A DNA stretch of 64,000 nucleotides from an uncultured Methanosarcinales archaeon (GTDB lineage Archaea > Nanobdellota > Nanobdellia > Woesearchaeales > JABIAG01), in NCBI GenBank assembly GCA_964561995.1, contig CAZLQZ010000006.1:8789-72788 (forward strand). Direction: 5' to 3'. Each line of letters starts with the position of its first letter. The stretch's first letter is position 1. A program made the position numbers and the translations under genes. Under the pieces are notes generated by a model. That model did no database searches, was not told where the DNA came from, and saw only the letters and a list, made by a program, of their open reading frames with translations. Positions 27,865 through 38,129 of this stretch are shown here, piece by piece.

Positions 27865-28206
27865 ATGCCTAATGAATTTAAAAATGAAGATTTGCAGAAA
27901 TTATATGATGTTTTAAATAAAAATGGTATAACTCTAAAAGATACTTTTCAATCTATTTCTACCACTTTGGAAGTTGTTGATTTTATTCCTAGAGGCACTT
28001 TAAATACTCTTGTTTTAGAACCAATTGAAGCAGATTATTTAGCAGAGTATAGAATTGATAAAAGATGTCCTTGGTCAATGAAATCATCTCATTTTGGAAT
28101 AACCCTTTTTTCAAGTTATGGTACAAATCAAGAAAAAAATCTGGTTTATGACGGTCTTCATTCAGTTATTTTAAGATATGAAAAAAGAAATGAAGAAGAT
28201 AGTTAA
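27865..28206 (+). CDS. Hypothetical protein
   Basis: 113-aa ORF; no motif recognised. Confidence 0.35.
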   Translation: MPNEFKNEDLQKLYDVLNKNGITLKDTFQSISTTLEVVDFIPRGTLNTLVLEPIEADYLAEYRIDKRCPWSMKSSHFGITLFSSYGTNQEKNLVYDGLHSVILRYEKRNEEDS

Positions 28207-28249
28207 TTTTCCAAAAATTATATAAATAATACAATCTATATTTATAATT

Positions 28250-28654
28250 ATGAGATTCAGTCACAAAATTACAATTATTAATGTAAGAAGGCCAAAAGAG
28301 TCTGATGTGAATGAAGATTTACAATATTTTGGATCTTCTTTAGGACTGTTTGGATTAAGAGATAAAGATAAATCATGTTATAGAATTTTTCTTGAGTTGT
28401 TAAAAGCAGCAAAATTAAAGGGTGGTTTTTCTTCAGATGAATTAGCTTTTAGATTAAATTTAACTCGTGGAACTGTAGTTCATCATTTAAACAAATTAAT
28501 GGAAGCTGGAATTGCAATTAATGTTAAAAATCGTTATTATCTTAGAGAAGAAAATCTACAAATAGTTGTTCAAGCAATAAAAAGTGATTTAGAACAATCT
28601 ATGGATGAATTAACTAATCTTGCTAAAGAGATTGACGACTGGATGGGATTGTAG
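28250..28654 (+). CDS. Winged-helix (ArsR/MarR-like) transcriptional regulator
   Basis: SCYRIFLELLKAAKLKGGFSSDELAFRLNLTRGTVVHHLNKLMEAGIA. Confidence 0.6.
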   Translation: MRFSHKITIINVRRPKESDVNEDLQYFGSSLGLFGLRDKDKSCYRIFLELLKAAKLKGGFSSDELAFRLNLTRGTVVHHLNKLMEAGIAINVKNRYYLREENLQIVVQAIKSDLEQSMDELTNLAKEIDDWMGL

Positions 28655-28702
28655 TTTTAATATTTCATAAACTTTTTAAACCGATTTGTTAGTTTTTTTA
28701 TT

Positions 28703-29689
28703 ATGAATGATGAAATTAAAAAACTTAATGAACAAGCAGAAATTTTTTCAAAAGATTTAATGCTGTTGAGTGAAGAAATTAAAAAAGTAATTGTTGGTCA
28801 AGATTCTGTTATTAATAAAGTAATAATTGCATTAATTGCTAATGGTCATATTTTATTGGAAGGAGTTCCAGGTTTAGCTAAAACTTTGTTAATTAGGACT
28901 CTTGCACAGTCGATTTCTGCAGATTTTTGTAGACTTCAATTTACTCCGGATTTGTTACCTGCTGATATTATGGGTACAAAAATTTATAATGCTAAAACGG
29001 GTTTGTTTATAACAAAAAAAGGACCAATATTTTCAAATTTCATTCTTGCTGATGAAATTAATCGTGCTCCTCCTAAAGTACAATCTGCATTATTAGAAGC
29101 TATGCAAGAACATCAAGTTACAATCTCGGGAGACACTTTTAAACTAGATACTCCCTTTCTTGTAATGGCAACACAAAATCCTTTAGAAACTGAAGGAACT
29201 TATCGTTTACCTGAAGCTCAAATAGATAGGTTTATGTTTAAAATTTTAATTTCTTATCCTTCTAAAGATCAAGAAAAAGAAATTATTCAAAGAAATACTC
29301 AAGGAAATGAAATTAAAGTAAAAACTATTTTATCTACTTCAAAATTATTAGGTATTCAAAAGTTTAATTATTTAATTTATGCAGATAAAAAAATCGAAGA
29401 TTATGTTACTTCATTAGTGGATATTACTCGAAATCCAAATGATTACGGGTTAAATGTTGATAATCATATTGAGTTGGGTGCATCACCTAGGGCTAGTTTA
29501 TGGTTGATTTTAGCTGCAAAAGCTAATGCACTTTTGAATGGTAGGGGATATGTAATTCCTGAAGATGTTCAAGAAATTGCTCCTGATGTTTTAAGACACA
29601 GAATAGTATTATCTTATGACGCTGAAGCTGAAGGAATAGACGCCGATGATATAATTGAAAAAATTCTTGATAAAGTGAAGATACCTTAA
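28703..29689 (+). CDS. MoxR-family AAA+ ATPase
   Basis: LLEGVPGLAKTLL (Walker A), ILADEINRAPPKVQSALLEAMQE (Walker B/sensor), LPEAQIDRF. Confidence 0.9.
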   Translation: MNDEIKKLNEQAEIFSKDLMLLSEEIKKVIVGQDSVINKVIIALIANGHILLEGVPGLAKTLLIRTLAQSISADFCRLQFTPDLLPADIMGTKIYNAKTGLFITKKGPIFSNFILADEINRAPPKVQSALLEAMQEHQVTISGDTFKLDTPFLVMATQNPLETEGTYRLPEAQIDRFMFKILISYPSKDQEKEIIQRNTQGNEIKVKTILSTSKLLGIQKFNYLIYADKKIEDYVTSLVDITRNPNDYGLNVDNHIELGASPRASLWLILAAKANALLNGRGYVIPEDVQEIAPDVLRHRIVLSYDAEAEGIDADDIIEKILDKVKIP

Positions 29690-29690
29690 A

Positions 29691-30566
29691 ATGCCAGAAA
29701 CAAAAGAAATTTTAAAACAAGTTAAGAAAATAGAAATATCAACCAATTATTTAGTTGAAGAACTTCTTCAGGGAATGTATCATTCCGTGTTTAAAGGAAT
29801 GGGCATAGAATTTTCTGAAGTTAGAGAATACATTTATGGTGATGATATAAGAACTATTGATTGGAATGTTACTGCAAGGATGGGTCATCCTTATGTAAAA
29901 GAATTTATTGAAGAAAGAAATTTGACTATTTATATTGTGTTGGATGTTTCGGCGAGTAATGAGTTTGGTAATATAAAAGAAAAAAAACGTATTGCAATTG
30001 AATTAGCAGCTTCATTAATGTTTGCGGCAATTAAAAATAATGACAGAGTTGGACTTATTTTGTTTAGTGATGAAGTTGAAAAATTCATTCCACCAAGAAC
30101 TGGTAAAAGATTTATTTTAAAATTAATAAGAGAAATGCTTTATTATAAACCTAAATCAAAAAGTACTAATTTAACTGTACCTTTGATTTTTCTATCCAAG
30201 ATTGTTAAAAAAAAGAGTGCAATTTTTGTTTTTTCTGATTTTTTTTCAATAGATTTTTCTAAGTCTTTAAGAATTTTAAAAAATAAACATGATGTAATTG
30301 CAATTAACTTAAGAGATGAAAGAGAAGAATCTCTTCCTGAAATAGGTTATGTAGAATTAGAAGATGAAGAAACTGGGGAAACTATAATTGTTAATACTTC
30401 TGATTCTGAAGTTAGAGAAAATTTTAAAAAAATAATTAAAGAAAAAAATGATGAACTAACTCATTTATTTAGAAAACTTAAAATTGATGTTATAAAAATT
30501 AGAACAGATGAAACTTTTGAAATACCGTTAAGGAAATTTTTCAAATTAAGGAGGAATAAAAGGTGA
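29691..30566 (+). CDS. DUF58-family protein (MoxR partner)
   Basis: EFSEVREYIYGDDIRTIDWNVTARMGHPYVKEFIEERN...VLDVSAS. Confidence 0.85.
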   Translation: MPETKEILKQVKKIEISTNYLVEELLQGMYHSVFKGMGIEFSEVREYIYGDDIRTIDWNVTARMGHPYVKEFIEERNLTIYIVLDVSASNEFGNIKEKKRIAIELAASLMFAAIKNNDRVGLILFSDEVEKFIPPRTGKRFILKLIREMLYYKPKSKSTNLTVPLIFLSKIVKKKSAIFVFSDFFSIDFSKSLRILKNKHDVIAINLRDEREESLPEIGYVELEDEETGETIIVNTSDSEVRENFKKIIKEKNDELTHLFRKLKIDVIKIRTDETFEIPLRKFFKLRRNKR

Positions 30567-31510
30567 ATGTGCAAAATCCAATTTGGTTAATATTTTTATT
30601 AGCAATTCCGTTAATGATTTATTTTTATAATCAACATTTAAAAAAAGCAAGAAATGCAGCTATCAAATTTAGTAATTTGGGATTTATTAAACAAGCCCAA
30701 AAAAATAAAAAAAGAAGTTTAAGAAAACATTTGGAATTTATTTTATCTTCTTTATTAATCTTTTTTTTAATTTTAGGTTTGGCTGACCTTCATATTCCAT
30801 TAAAACAAACTAAAGAAGGTGTAAATGTTGTTTTGGCTTTGGATGTTAGTGGGAGTATGCAAGCAACAGATTATAAACCAAATAGGTTAGAATCTGCTAA
30901 ATCTTCCGCAAAAATATTGATAAATTCTTTAAAGTCTAAAGACCATGTTGGGATAGTAATATTTGAATCTGGTGCTACAACTGCTGCTTATTTGAGTCCT
31001 TTTAAAGATATGGTTTTAAGTAAACTTGAAAACATTGCCCCAAAAGATGGAAGGACCGCAATTGGGGATGGTTTAAGTCTTGCAATAGACATGGCCTCAT
31101 CAATTCCAAATAAAAAAAAGGTTGTAATTTTATTAAGTGATGGTGTTAGTAATTCTGGAGTTATTTCACCTGATGAAGCAATCTCTTTTGCTAAAGATAA
31201 TAAAATTCAAGTTCATACGATTGGTATGGGTTCTGATGAACAAACTATCTTGGGTTATGATTATTTTGGAAATCCTCAATATGCAGAGTTAGATGAAAAA
31301 ACATTAAAAAATATTGCTATAAATACTGGTGGAAAATACTTTAAATCTGTTAATTCAGAAACTCTTGATGATGTTTATGAAGATATAAGTAAGGACTTAG
31401 AACGAGAAAAAGAATTGACAAGTATAAAGGATTGGTTTTTTATTCTTTCTTTATTTATGGTAGGGTTGCTTATTTATTTCAAATATGGGAAGTATAGGAT
31501 AATCAGATGA
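30563..31510 (+). CDS. Membrane-anchored von Willebrand factor A protein (BatA-like)
   Basis: N- and C-terminal TM helices; MIDAS LALDVSGSM, LLSDGVSN. Confidence 0.85.
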   Translation: MNVQNPIWLIFLLAIPLMIYFYNQHLKKARNAAIKFSNLGFIKQAQKNKKRSLRKHLEFILSSLLIFFLILGLADLHIPLKQTKEGVNVVLALDVSGSMQATDYKPNRLESAKSSAKILINSLKSKDHVGIVIFESGATTAAYLSPFKDMVLSKLENIAPKDGRTAIGDGLSLAIDMASSIPNKKKVVILLSDGVSNSGVISPDEAISFAKDNKIQVHTIGMGSDEQTILGYDYFGNPQYAELDEKTLKNIAINTGGKYFKSVNSETLDDVYEDISKDLEREKELTSIKDWFFILSLFMVGLLIYFKYGKYRIIR

Positions 31511-33000
31511 AATTATTTATTTATTTGTTTATGTTTTTATTTTTATTTAATTTTGTTTTTGCAGATATAGATACAATTGAATTCTCAACTAATCAATCTG
31601 AATATTATTTTTTAGTTAATCAAAATGCAATTCTTCCTTTACAAGTTTTAAACCCATATGAAAAAGAAATTCAAGGAACGTTTTCTTTAACAATGTCTTA
31701 TAAACAATCTCAAAATGGTTTTACTCAGATGCAGTCAAAATCGCAGTCACAATTAATGACTGTGGTTAATGATACTTTAAATTTAGATTTTGGTACTTCT
31801 AATCAACCATTAGAAATTAGTTTAGAAAATATTAAATTTGATTATTCTTATGATGATGATTTGTATCAAGTATCTCTTTTTGAAATAAAGATTTTTTTTG
31901 TTGAAAATCCTAATCAACAACAAAATCAAGAAAATCAACAAAATAGTGAAACTAAAAATCAACAGCAATTAGAAGAAGAACAAAAACAACAACAAGAAGA
32001 ACAACAAAAAGCAGAACAGGAAAAAAGAATGCAAGAACAACTTAATCAACAAAGAAATCAACTTCTTCAAAATAATCAATTAAATCAAGATTCTAGTGCT
32101 CTAAAAAAGTCTTTACAAGAACAACAACAAAAAAACGAACAAATAAAAGAAAAATTTAAAGAAAATTTACTAAATAATGAAGAATTTAAGCAAAAACAAA
32201 ATGAGTTAGAAAAACAAGGTTTTAAACAAACTAATTCTAAATTTGATTCTGAATCTAATTCTTCTGGAAATTTTGAAATGTCTTATGAAAATAAAGATGG
32301 TGAAAAATTAGATTTAAAAGGAAAATTAGATGGTGAGAATTTACAAATGAATGAACTTTCATCACAAGATTTTGAAAATATTGAAAAACAACTTCAACAA
32401 AATTCTGATTTTCAGGATTTTCAAGAGTATTTAAAAGAAAATTCTTTCAATCAGTCTAATTTTGAGTATGAACAAAATATAGATAAAACTTCTATTAAAA
32501 TTTCTTATAATAATTCAAATCAAAATGCTAATGTAATGTTCGATTATCAAAATAAAACTGTTCAAAATTTAAAATTTCATAAAGCAAAGAATAAATTTAA
32601 TTTTTTTTGGTTATTAACTTTATTATTTATAATACCATTTTTATTATTTTTTAAAAAAACAAAAGTAGTTTCTGATATTTCTATTAAAAAAGAAATACCT
32701 ACTGATTTTGTTAAAGAATCAATTTATATGCTTGAAAATGCAAAGAAGCTTTTTTTAAAAGGAGAAGGAAAAGAAGCATATGCAAAAGTTTCTCAAGCAG
32801 TAAGGTTTTATTTATCATATAAGTTCAAAATAAGAAAAGAGATTTCTATTAGTCAAGCATTTGAGTTTTCTAAAAGTTACAAAAATCAAAAAATAAGGTC
32901 TTGTTTAAGTTTAACTCAATTGGTAGAATTTGCAAAGTATAAAGCTAATAAAGTTGATTTTGACAAAATAATTAAATATGCTGAACAAATAATTAAATAA
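31507..33000 (+). CDS. Secreted/membrane protein with a long Q/N/E-rich low-complexity region (fourth gene of the Bat-like operon)
   Basis: Signal-like N-terminus, about 100 aa of NQQQNQENQQ...EEQQKAEQEKRMQEQLNQQ, a TM helix (FFWLLTLLFIIPFLLFF), then a helical C-terminal domain. Confidence 0.6.
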   Translation: MKLFIYLFMFLFLFNFVFADIDTIEFSTNQSEYYFLVNQNAILPLQVLNPYEKEIQGTFSLTMSYKQSQNGFTQMQSKSQSQLMTVVNDTLNLDFGTSNQPLEISLENIKFDYSYDDDLYQVSLFEIKIFFVENPNQQQNQENQQNSETKNQQQLEEEQKQQQEEQQKAEQEKRMQEQLNQQRNQLLQNNQLNQDSSALKKSLQEQQQKNEQIKEKFKENLLNNEEFKQKQNELEKQGFKQTNSKFDSESNSSGNFEMSYENKDGEKLDLKGKLDGENLQMNELSSQDFENIEKQLQQNSDFQDFQEYLKENSFNQSNFEYEQNIDKTSIKISYNNSNQNANVMFDYQNKTVQNLKFHKAKNKFNFFWLLTLLFIIPFLLFFKKTKVVSDISIKKEIPTDFVKESIYMLENAKKLFLKGEGKEAYAKVSQAVRFYLSYKFKIRKEISISQAFEFSKSYKNQKIRSCLSLTQLVEFAKYKANKVDFDKIIKYAEQIIK

Positions 33001-33114
33001 ATCTTTTAATTTTTGTTTAATGTTATAAAATATTAGTAGATTTTTTAGTTAATAAAATGGGAGTATTCTATTTTTTTCTAAACTTATTTATATATGATTA
33101 AGTTGTTGATTTAA

Positions 33115-33798
33115 ATGATAAAATTTGTAGACCTAAGTATTGTAATAAAAAACACTTTAATTATATCAGATTTACATATAGGTTATGAGGAAGCACTAAA
33201 CAAACAAGGTGTAATGGTCCCTAGATTACAATTCAATAAATTAAAGATAAGACTAACAAAACTTTTTAAAAAAGTTCAGCCCAAAACTGTAATTATTAAT
33301 GGGGATTTAAAACATGAATTTGGTACAATTTCGAAACAAGAATGGCGAGATACTCTAAAAATTATTGATTTAATTACATTAACTTCTAAATTAATCATAA
33401 TAAAAGGCAACCACGATTCTATTATGGGACCTATTGCAAAAAAACGTAATGTAGAATTCAAATCTTCCCACATAATTGATAACATAATTATATTACATGG
33501 TGATAAAATTCCAAAAATAATCAAACAAGATACAATTATTATTGGGCATGAACATCCTGCAATAACACTTAGAGAAGGAGCAAAAAAAGAAATTTATAAA
33601 TGTTTTTTAAAAGGTAAGTTTAGAAACAAAACATTGTATGTTTTGCCTTCATTTAATTTTACTTCTGAAGGTACCGATATAACTTATGAAAAACTTCTTT
33701 CACCATTTTTAAAAGAAATGAAAAGTGTACAAGTAACAATTTCTCAAGATAATGAATTGTACAATTTTGGTAAAGTTAAGTTGGGAAATAATGTCTAA
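33115..33798 (+). CDS. Calcineurin-like metallophosphoesterase
   Basis: ISDLHIGYE, NGDLKHE, KGNHD, HGD, GHEHP motifs in canonical order. Confidence 0.8.
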   Translation: MIKFVDLSIVIKNTLIISDLHIGYEEALNKQGVMVPRLQFNKLKIRLTKLFKKVQPKTVIINGDLKHEFGTISKQEWRDTLKIIDLITLTSKLIIIKGNHDSIMGPIAKKRNVEFKSSHIIDNIIILHGDKIPKIIKQDTIIIGHEHPAITLREGAKKEIYKCFLKGKFRNKTLYVLPSFNFTSEGTDITYEKLLSPFLKEMKSVQVTISQDNELYNFGKVKLGNNV

Positions 33799-34303
33799 CT
33801 TTTTTTATGAAATATTTAAATGCCATAAAGTATTTTTTCTTTTTCAAACAGACTAATTTAATATCATCGCATGCTTTACGAACGTATTTTTTATCATCTC
33901 CAATTTGGATTGCTATGGCGAATTGAGGAATTGCTAAGTCAATTTCTCCCCCCATTAAAAAAATTTCTCCAATGTTTACCATTGACCTAGCATTTCTTGG
34001 ATGTTTAGAGATAACTTCGTAGCTTTCATAAACGGATGATTTGAAATCATTATATCTTTTGTATTGTTCTGCAAGAATGCATCGATATTTTGGATTTTCA
34101 GATGCCTCTGCTGCACAAATAAGAGAATCTATCGTTTTTTCAGGTTGGTTTGAATGGTTATATGCTTTTGCTAGGTTAAGGGCAGTTTCAGGATTTTGAG
34201 GATTTAAAATTGTGGCTTTTTTAAAACTTTTAATAGCTTCTTCAAATTTTCCACGATATAACATAATTTTTCCTTCATGAATATGTTTATCTATATTTGA
34301 CAT
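33776..34303 (-). CDS. TPR-repeat protein
   Basis: Repeated 34-aa helical motifs (GKFEEAIKSFKKATILNPQNPETALNLAKAY...). Confidence 0.6.
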   Translation of the reverse strand: MSNIDKHIHEGKIMLYRGKFEEAIKSFKKATILNPQNPETALNLAKAYNHSNQPEKTIDSLICAAEASENPKYRCILAEQYKRYNDFKSSVYESYEVISKHPRNARSMVNIGEIFLMGGEIDLAIPQFAIAIQIGDDKKYVRKACDDIKLVCLKKKKYFMAFKYFIKKVRHYFPT

Positions 34304-34342
34304 TAAAGTAAGAAATTAATAATAATTTAAAAAGACATCCTA

Positions 34343-35452
34343 TTAATCAGAATTAATAACTATTAAAGGTACTAACATTTCTTGTTTAGTTAATCCGCCA
34401 TGATTTCCTATTGGCATCTCAAATTCTTCATTATCCAAACAATCAAAAGCAATGTAATCTTTTTTCATAAGTAAAGTGAAATCTCCAATTCTTTCTAACA
34501 ATTTTGGGTTTACTTTTCCTAGTCCAAAATAATTCTTTTTAACTAAATCTTCACTTTTATGGACTAAAAAATATTTTTTATATTTTTCGCATTCTAATAA
34601 AAATTGTTTTACTTTTGATAATCTTACATAACAATAAACAAATCTAGGTTCTCCACTTAAAGGCATGGATAAACATTCGTAGAATTTTTTATTTTCTTTT
34701 AAATTAATTATTTTTTTGTTAGCATCAATCATTCCATGATCTGCTGTAATTAATAATTGGGTGTCTTTTAATTTTAATTTTTGTATCCTTTCTTCTAATT
34801 CTTTAAAATGTTCTAATAATTCTTCATTTGCAATTCCTAATTCGTGACCCATGCTATCAAAATCAGGCCAATATGCATGAATATATTTTTTTCCAGGTAG
34901 ATTGACTGCTTTTTTAATTTGTTTAAACAATCCTTCTAAAGAATCATATGCAAAAACTTTTTTTCTGCCTTTTAAAATACTTTTTCCTACTATTTTTTTT
35001 GGAAAAATATATACACTGTTTCCTTTAATTTTTTCAGATACTTGTTTTTCTGAACATATTGATTCAAAATTGAAATTCATTTCATTTAAATTATATGAAC
35101 CAAATCTTGCATTAAATGGTAATGGTGAAATTATTGTTCCTATTTCTTTTGAATTCATAAACCATCCTGTTAAACCGTGTTGTTGAGCGGGAACTCCTTT
35201 TTGAATTCCTATTGCTGCACATGTTGTAGTTGAAGGAAAAGTTGATGTTAAACTTCTAACACATTTTTCTTTTAAAAAAGTTCCATTTTTCATTAAATAT
35301 TCATAACCTAATCCGTCTATTAGAAAAAGAATAATATTTTTTTTATCTAATTTGATATTTAAAGGTCTGTATCCATTTCTAGAACCAAATTTTTCCATTA
35401 CAGAACTAATTAAATTAATTATACTTCCATTTTTATAATTTGGTTTTATCAT
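34343..35452 (-). CDS. Alkaline-phosphatase-superfamily enzyme (type I phosphodiesterase / nucleotide pyrophosphatase or PglZ-like)
   Basis: ILFLIDGLGYEYL, STFPSTTT, TADHGM and GNHGG motifs. Confidence 0.6.
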   Translation of the reverse strand: MIKPNYKNGSIINLISSVMEKFGSRNGYRPLNIKLDKKNIILFLIDGLGYEYLMKNGTFLKEKCVRSLTSTFPSTTTCAAIGIQKGVPAQQHGLTGWFMNSKEIGTIISPLPFNARFGSYNLNEMNFNFESICSEKQVSEKIKGNSVYIFPKKIVGKSILKGRKKVFAYDSLEGLFKQIKKAVNLPGKKYIHAYWPDFDSMGHELGIANEELLEHFKELEERIQKLKLKDTQLLITADHGMIDANKKIINLKENKKFYECLSMPLSGEPRFVYCYVRLSKVKQFLLECEKYKKYFLVHKSEDLVKKNYFGLGKVNPKLLERIGDFTLLMKKDYIAFDCLDNEEFEMPIGNHGGLTKQEMLVPLIVINSD

Positions 35453-35474
35453 TTTTTATAACTCCTTTTAAATA

Positions 35475-36725
35475 TTATCTTAAGAAATCGTCAAATTCTA
35501 ATCTTTCGTTCATTTCTCCTTTAATATTCTTTGTTATCTCTTTAATATCTAATTTCTGTCCAAACATCCAACTTAATTTCATTAAAGCAGTTTCTGCAAG
35601 CATATCTTCTAAATAAACTACTCCTAGTCCTACTGATAATTTTCTTAATGCTGAATAAACTGTTCCGGACACTTTACCATATAAACACTGAGTTGTCATT
35701 GCAACAAAAACACCATTTTCAATAAGCATTTTTATTTTATCATAAATTGATTGAGGCACATGACCTAATCCTGTACCAATTAATATTAATCCTTTGTAAT
35801 CTTTGTATGAATCTAATAATGATGGGTCGATATTGGGATAAATATAAAATAATCCTATTTTTTTTTCAAATTTATTTAAAACTTGAATTTTGTCTTTATT
35901 TCTTTTCTTAAAATCGTTATTAATTAATTTAATTTCGCCTTTTCCATATATTTTTGCAATCTCTTTAGTATTTATTGAACGAAAAGCATCTCTTCTTGAA
36001 CTGTGCATTTTTCTTACTTTAGTTCCTTTAATTAAATTACAATATTCATCATTTGAAGACCCGTGCATACATACTGCAACTTCTGCTCCGTTCCAATTAG
36101 CAGCAGCATTTACTGAGCTAATTAAATTAAAAAAAGCATCTGAGCTTCCTCTATCAATTGACTTTTGAGCAGCAGTAATTATTACAGGTTTGTTTAATTC
36201 AAGTGCAAACGATAGAGCTGCAGAAATGTAACTTAATGTGTCTGTACCCATTGTAAGAACAACACCATCAACATCTTCTAATTCTTTTGCAACTTCTTGA
36301 GCCATAACTGAAATATCATCATAACTTACATCTTCAGTCATTATGCCCATTATTTTTTTAGCTTTAATATTTGCTAATTCTTGTAATTCTGGACACATTT
36401 CTACAAAGTCCTCTGCAGTATAGTCTGCAACAACTCCGCCTGTATTATAATCAACTTTAGAAGAAATTGTACCTCCGGTAGATAAAATGGCAATTGTTGG
36501 TAATTTTTTATTAAATGTTAATTCTTTTTTATTTTTTTTATGAATTAAATATTCTTCAATAACTTTCATGGAAGTAATTTTATCTTTATCAATGCCAATG
36601 TTATAACCATTAGAAAGTTTAATTATTATAGTATCTTGTTTAAGTAATTGAGGTTTTTCTAAATACATACCTTCAATTACTTCATCTTTTAAAAAAATTT
36701 TAACTTTATCTCCTGGTTTAACCAT
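35475..36725 (-). CDS. gatD: Glutamyl-tRNA(Gln) amidotransferase subunit D
   Basis: N-terminal AD domain followed by an asparaginase fold: ILSTGGTISS, TMGTDTL, IGTGLGHV. Confidence 0.9.
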   Translation of the reverse strand: MVKPGDKVKIFLKDEVIEGMYLEKPQLLKQDTIIIKLSNGYNIGIDKDKITSMKVIEEYLIHKKNKKELTFNKKLPTIAILSTGGTISSKVDYNTGGVVADYTAEDFVEMCPELQELANIKAKKIMGIMTEDVSYDDISVMAQEVAKELEDVDGVVLTMGTDTLSYISAALSFALELNKPVIITAAQKSIDRGSSDAFFNLISSVNAAANWNGAEVAVCMHGSSNDEYCNLIKGTKVRKMHSSRRDAFRSINTKEIAKIYGKGEIKLINNDFKKRNKDKIQVLNKFEKKIGLFYIYPNIDPSLLDSYKDYKGLILIGTGLGHVPQSIYDKIKMLIENGVFVAMTTQCLYGKVSGTVYSALRKLSVGLGVVYLEDMLAETALMKLSWMFGQKLDIKEITKNIKGEMNERLEFDDFLR

Positions 36726-36760
36726 AATTTATTCTAATTAGAAATAGTTTATAAAACTTG

Positions 36761-38023
36761 CTAAAAGATGAAACTGTTTATTTTTAATCCTAAATAATCT
36801 TCACTAATTTTTATTTTACTCATTATTTCTACAAAATCTTCATATTCTCTTTCAAATTGAGCTTTAGGCATAATATAATTTCTTCTTTCAAATACTGGAA
36901 TTTCTTTTAATTCAAGTTCTGTTTTTTTTTGTTTTGGTTTTTTTAGTTTTCTTTGTAAATTTTTCTCTCTTTTTTTTATGCTTGTTAAAAGCATTTTTAA
37001 GTCTTTAGATGTTTCTTCTAACTCGTAAGATTCATACTCTTGGTCTTCTTCTTCTTTATCTTCGCCATAACTTGCAACACAGATATTGCCTTTACTAACC
37101 ATTCTTTCTTCTTTTTTTGTTTGGTCTAAGATTAGGTCTAATTTTTCTAATTCTTTAGTTGTTCTTGATACAAATCTTTTTGATGCAGAAACATTTTCTT
37201 TTTTATCAAATAAGCTTTCAGCACAGTATGATCTTATGGCTAAAGATTTAGCATAATCATTAATTAAGTATCCAACCATGTCGCTAAATGGTTCAGGTTT
37301 TTCTATTAAGTATGAATATATTAATCTAGAAATTCTTACTGACCTTTCTGCGTCTCTGTAAGCCCGAATTAAGTCTTTTAATTCAGTAAATGGATTAATT
37401 ATTTCTTCTGCTTCTTGAATAAATGCTTGGCATCTGTGATAATAATGTCCTGCTTCTTCAAGTAAATTTTCAAAGCTATCTTCATCTATTCCGTCTGGAA
37501 ATATGTCTACGCCTTTACAATCTTCAATCATTAGTTCTAATGCTTCACACTTGTCATCACAATAAGACCCTTTTCTTTTATATGCTCTTCTTAGATTGTC
37601 TTCATTATAAACTATTGCCGATTGGTCTACAATAACTTCATTATTTGTTTTTTTTAATTCTGTTTCATTCTTTATTGCATTTAAGTAACTCATAGCTCCA
37701 TTAAGATTTAAATATTGAAATTCTTCATTAAGGGAAGTCATTGTTTTTAGAATTGATTTTTGGGCATCTTGAAATTGTCCTGGTCTTGTAATATTAAGAA
37801 TTAAAGTTTTTTTTGCCATTTCAATTCTTGCTTGTCCTTTTAGATTTTGTTGAACATATTTTTTTAGCATATGCATTTTGGCTTTTCCAAGACCAGAATA
37901 TGTTACAGAAGCATTTAATGACGCTTTCGTTTTTTTAATATCAAAAACATAAGTTGGAAAAACTGTTCTTAAATTTGGTTTTTTGTTATCAACATTAGGA
38001 TAATATTCTAGTGGTTGTACCAT
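36761..38023 (-). CDS. Hypothetical protein (420 aa)
   Basis: Long uninterrupted ORF; helical, charged C-terminus; no motif recognised. Confidence 0.45.
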   Translation of the reverse strand: MVQPLEYYPNVDNKKPNLRTVFPTYVFDIKKTKASLNASVTYSGLGKAKMHMLKKYVQQNLKGQARIEMAKKTLILNITRPGQFQDAQKSILKTMTSLNEEFQYLNLNGAMSYLNAIKNETELKKTNNEVIVDQSAIVYNEDNLRRAYKRKGSYCDDKCEALELMIEDCKGVDIFPDGIDEDSFENLLEEAGHYYHRCQAFIQEAEEIINPFTELKDLIRAYRDAERSVRISRLIYSYLIEKPEPFSDMVGYLINDYAKSLAIRSYCAESLFDKKENVSASKRFVSRTTKELEKLDLILDQTKKEERMVSKGNICVASYGEDKEEEDQEYESYELEETSKDLKMLLTSIKKREKNLQRKLKKPKQKKTELELKEIPVFERRNYIMPKAQFEREYEDFVEIMSKIKISEDYLGLKINSFIF

Positions 38024-38129
38024 TATTATGTTGTTATTTAGTTATTTAAATAGATTTCTGGTATTATTTACTACAATTCTAAAAACTAATTCATAATTTT
38101 TATAAATAAACTATTAATTAGGTTATATT

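Noticed and set aside
31905-32220. CAA/GAA-rich DNA as a nucleotide-level tandem repeat or microsatellite.
   Set aside because: I could trace no fixed repeat unit. It is in-frame coding low complexity within an otherwise normal ORF.
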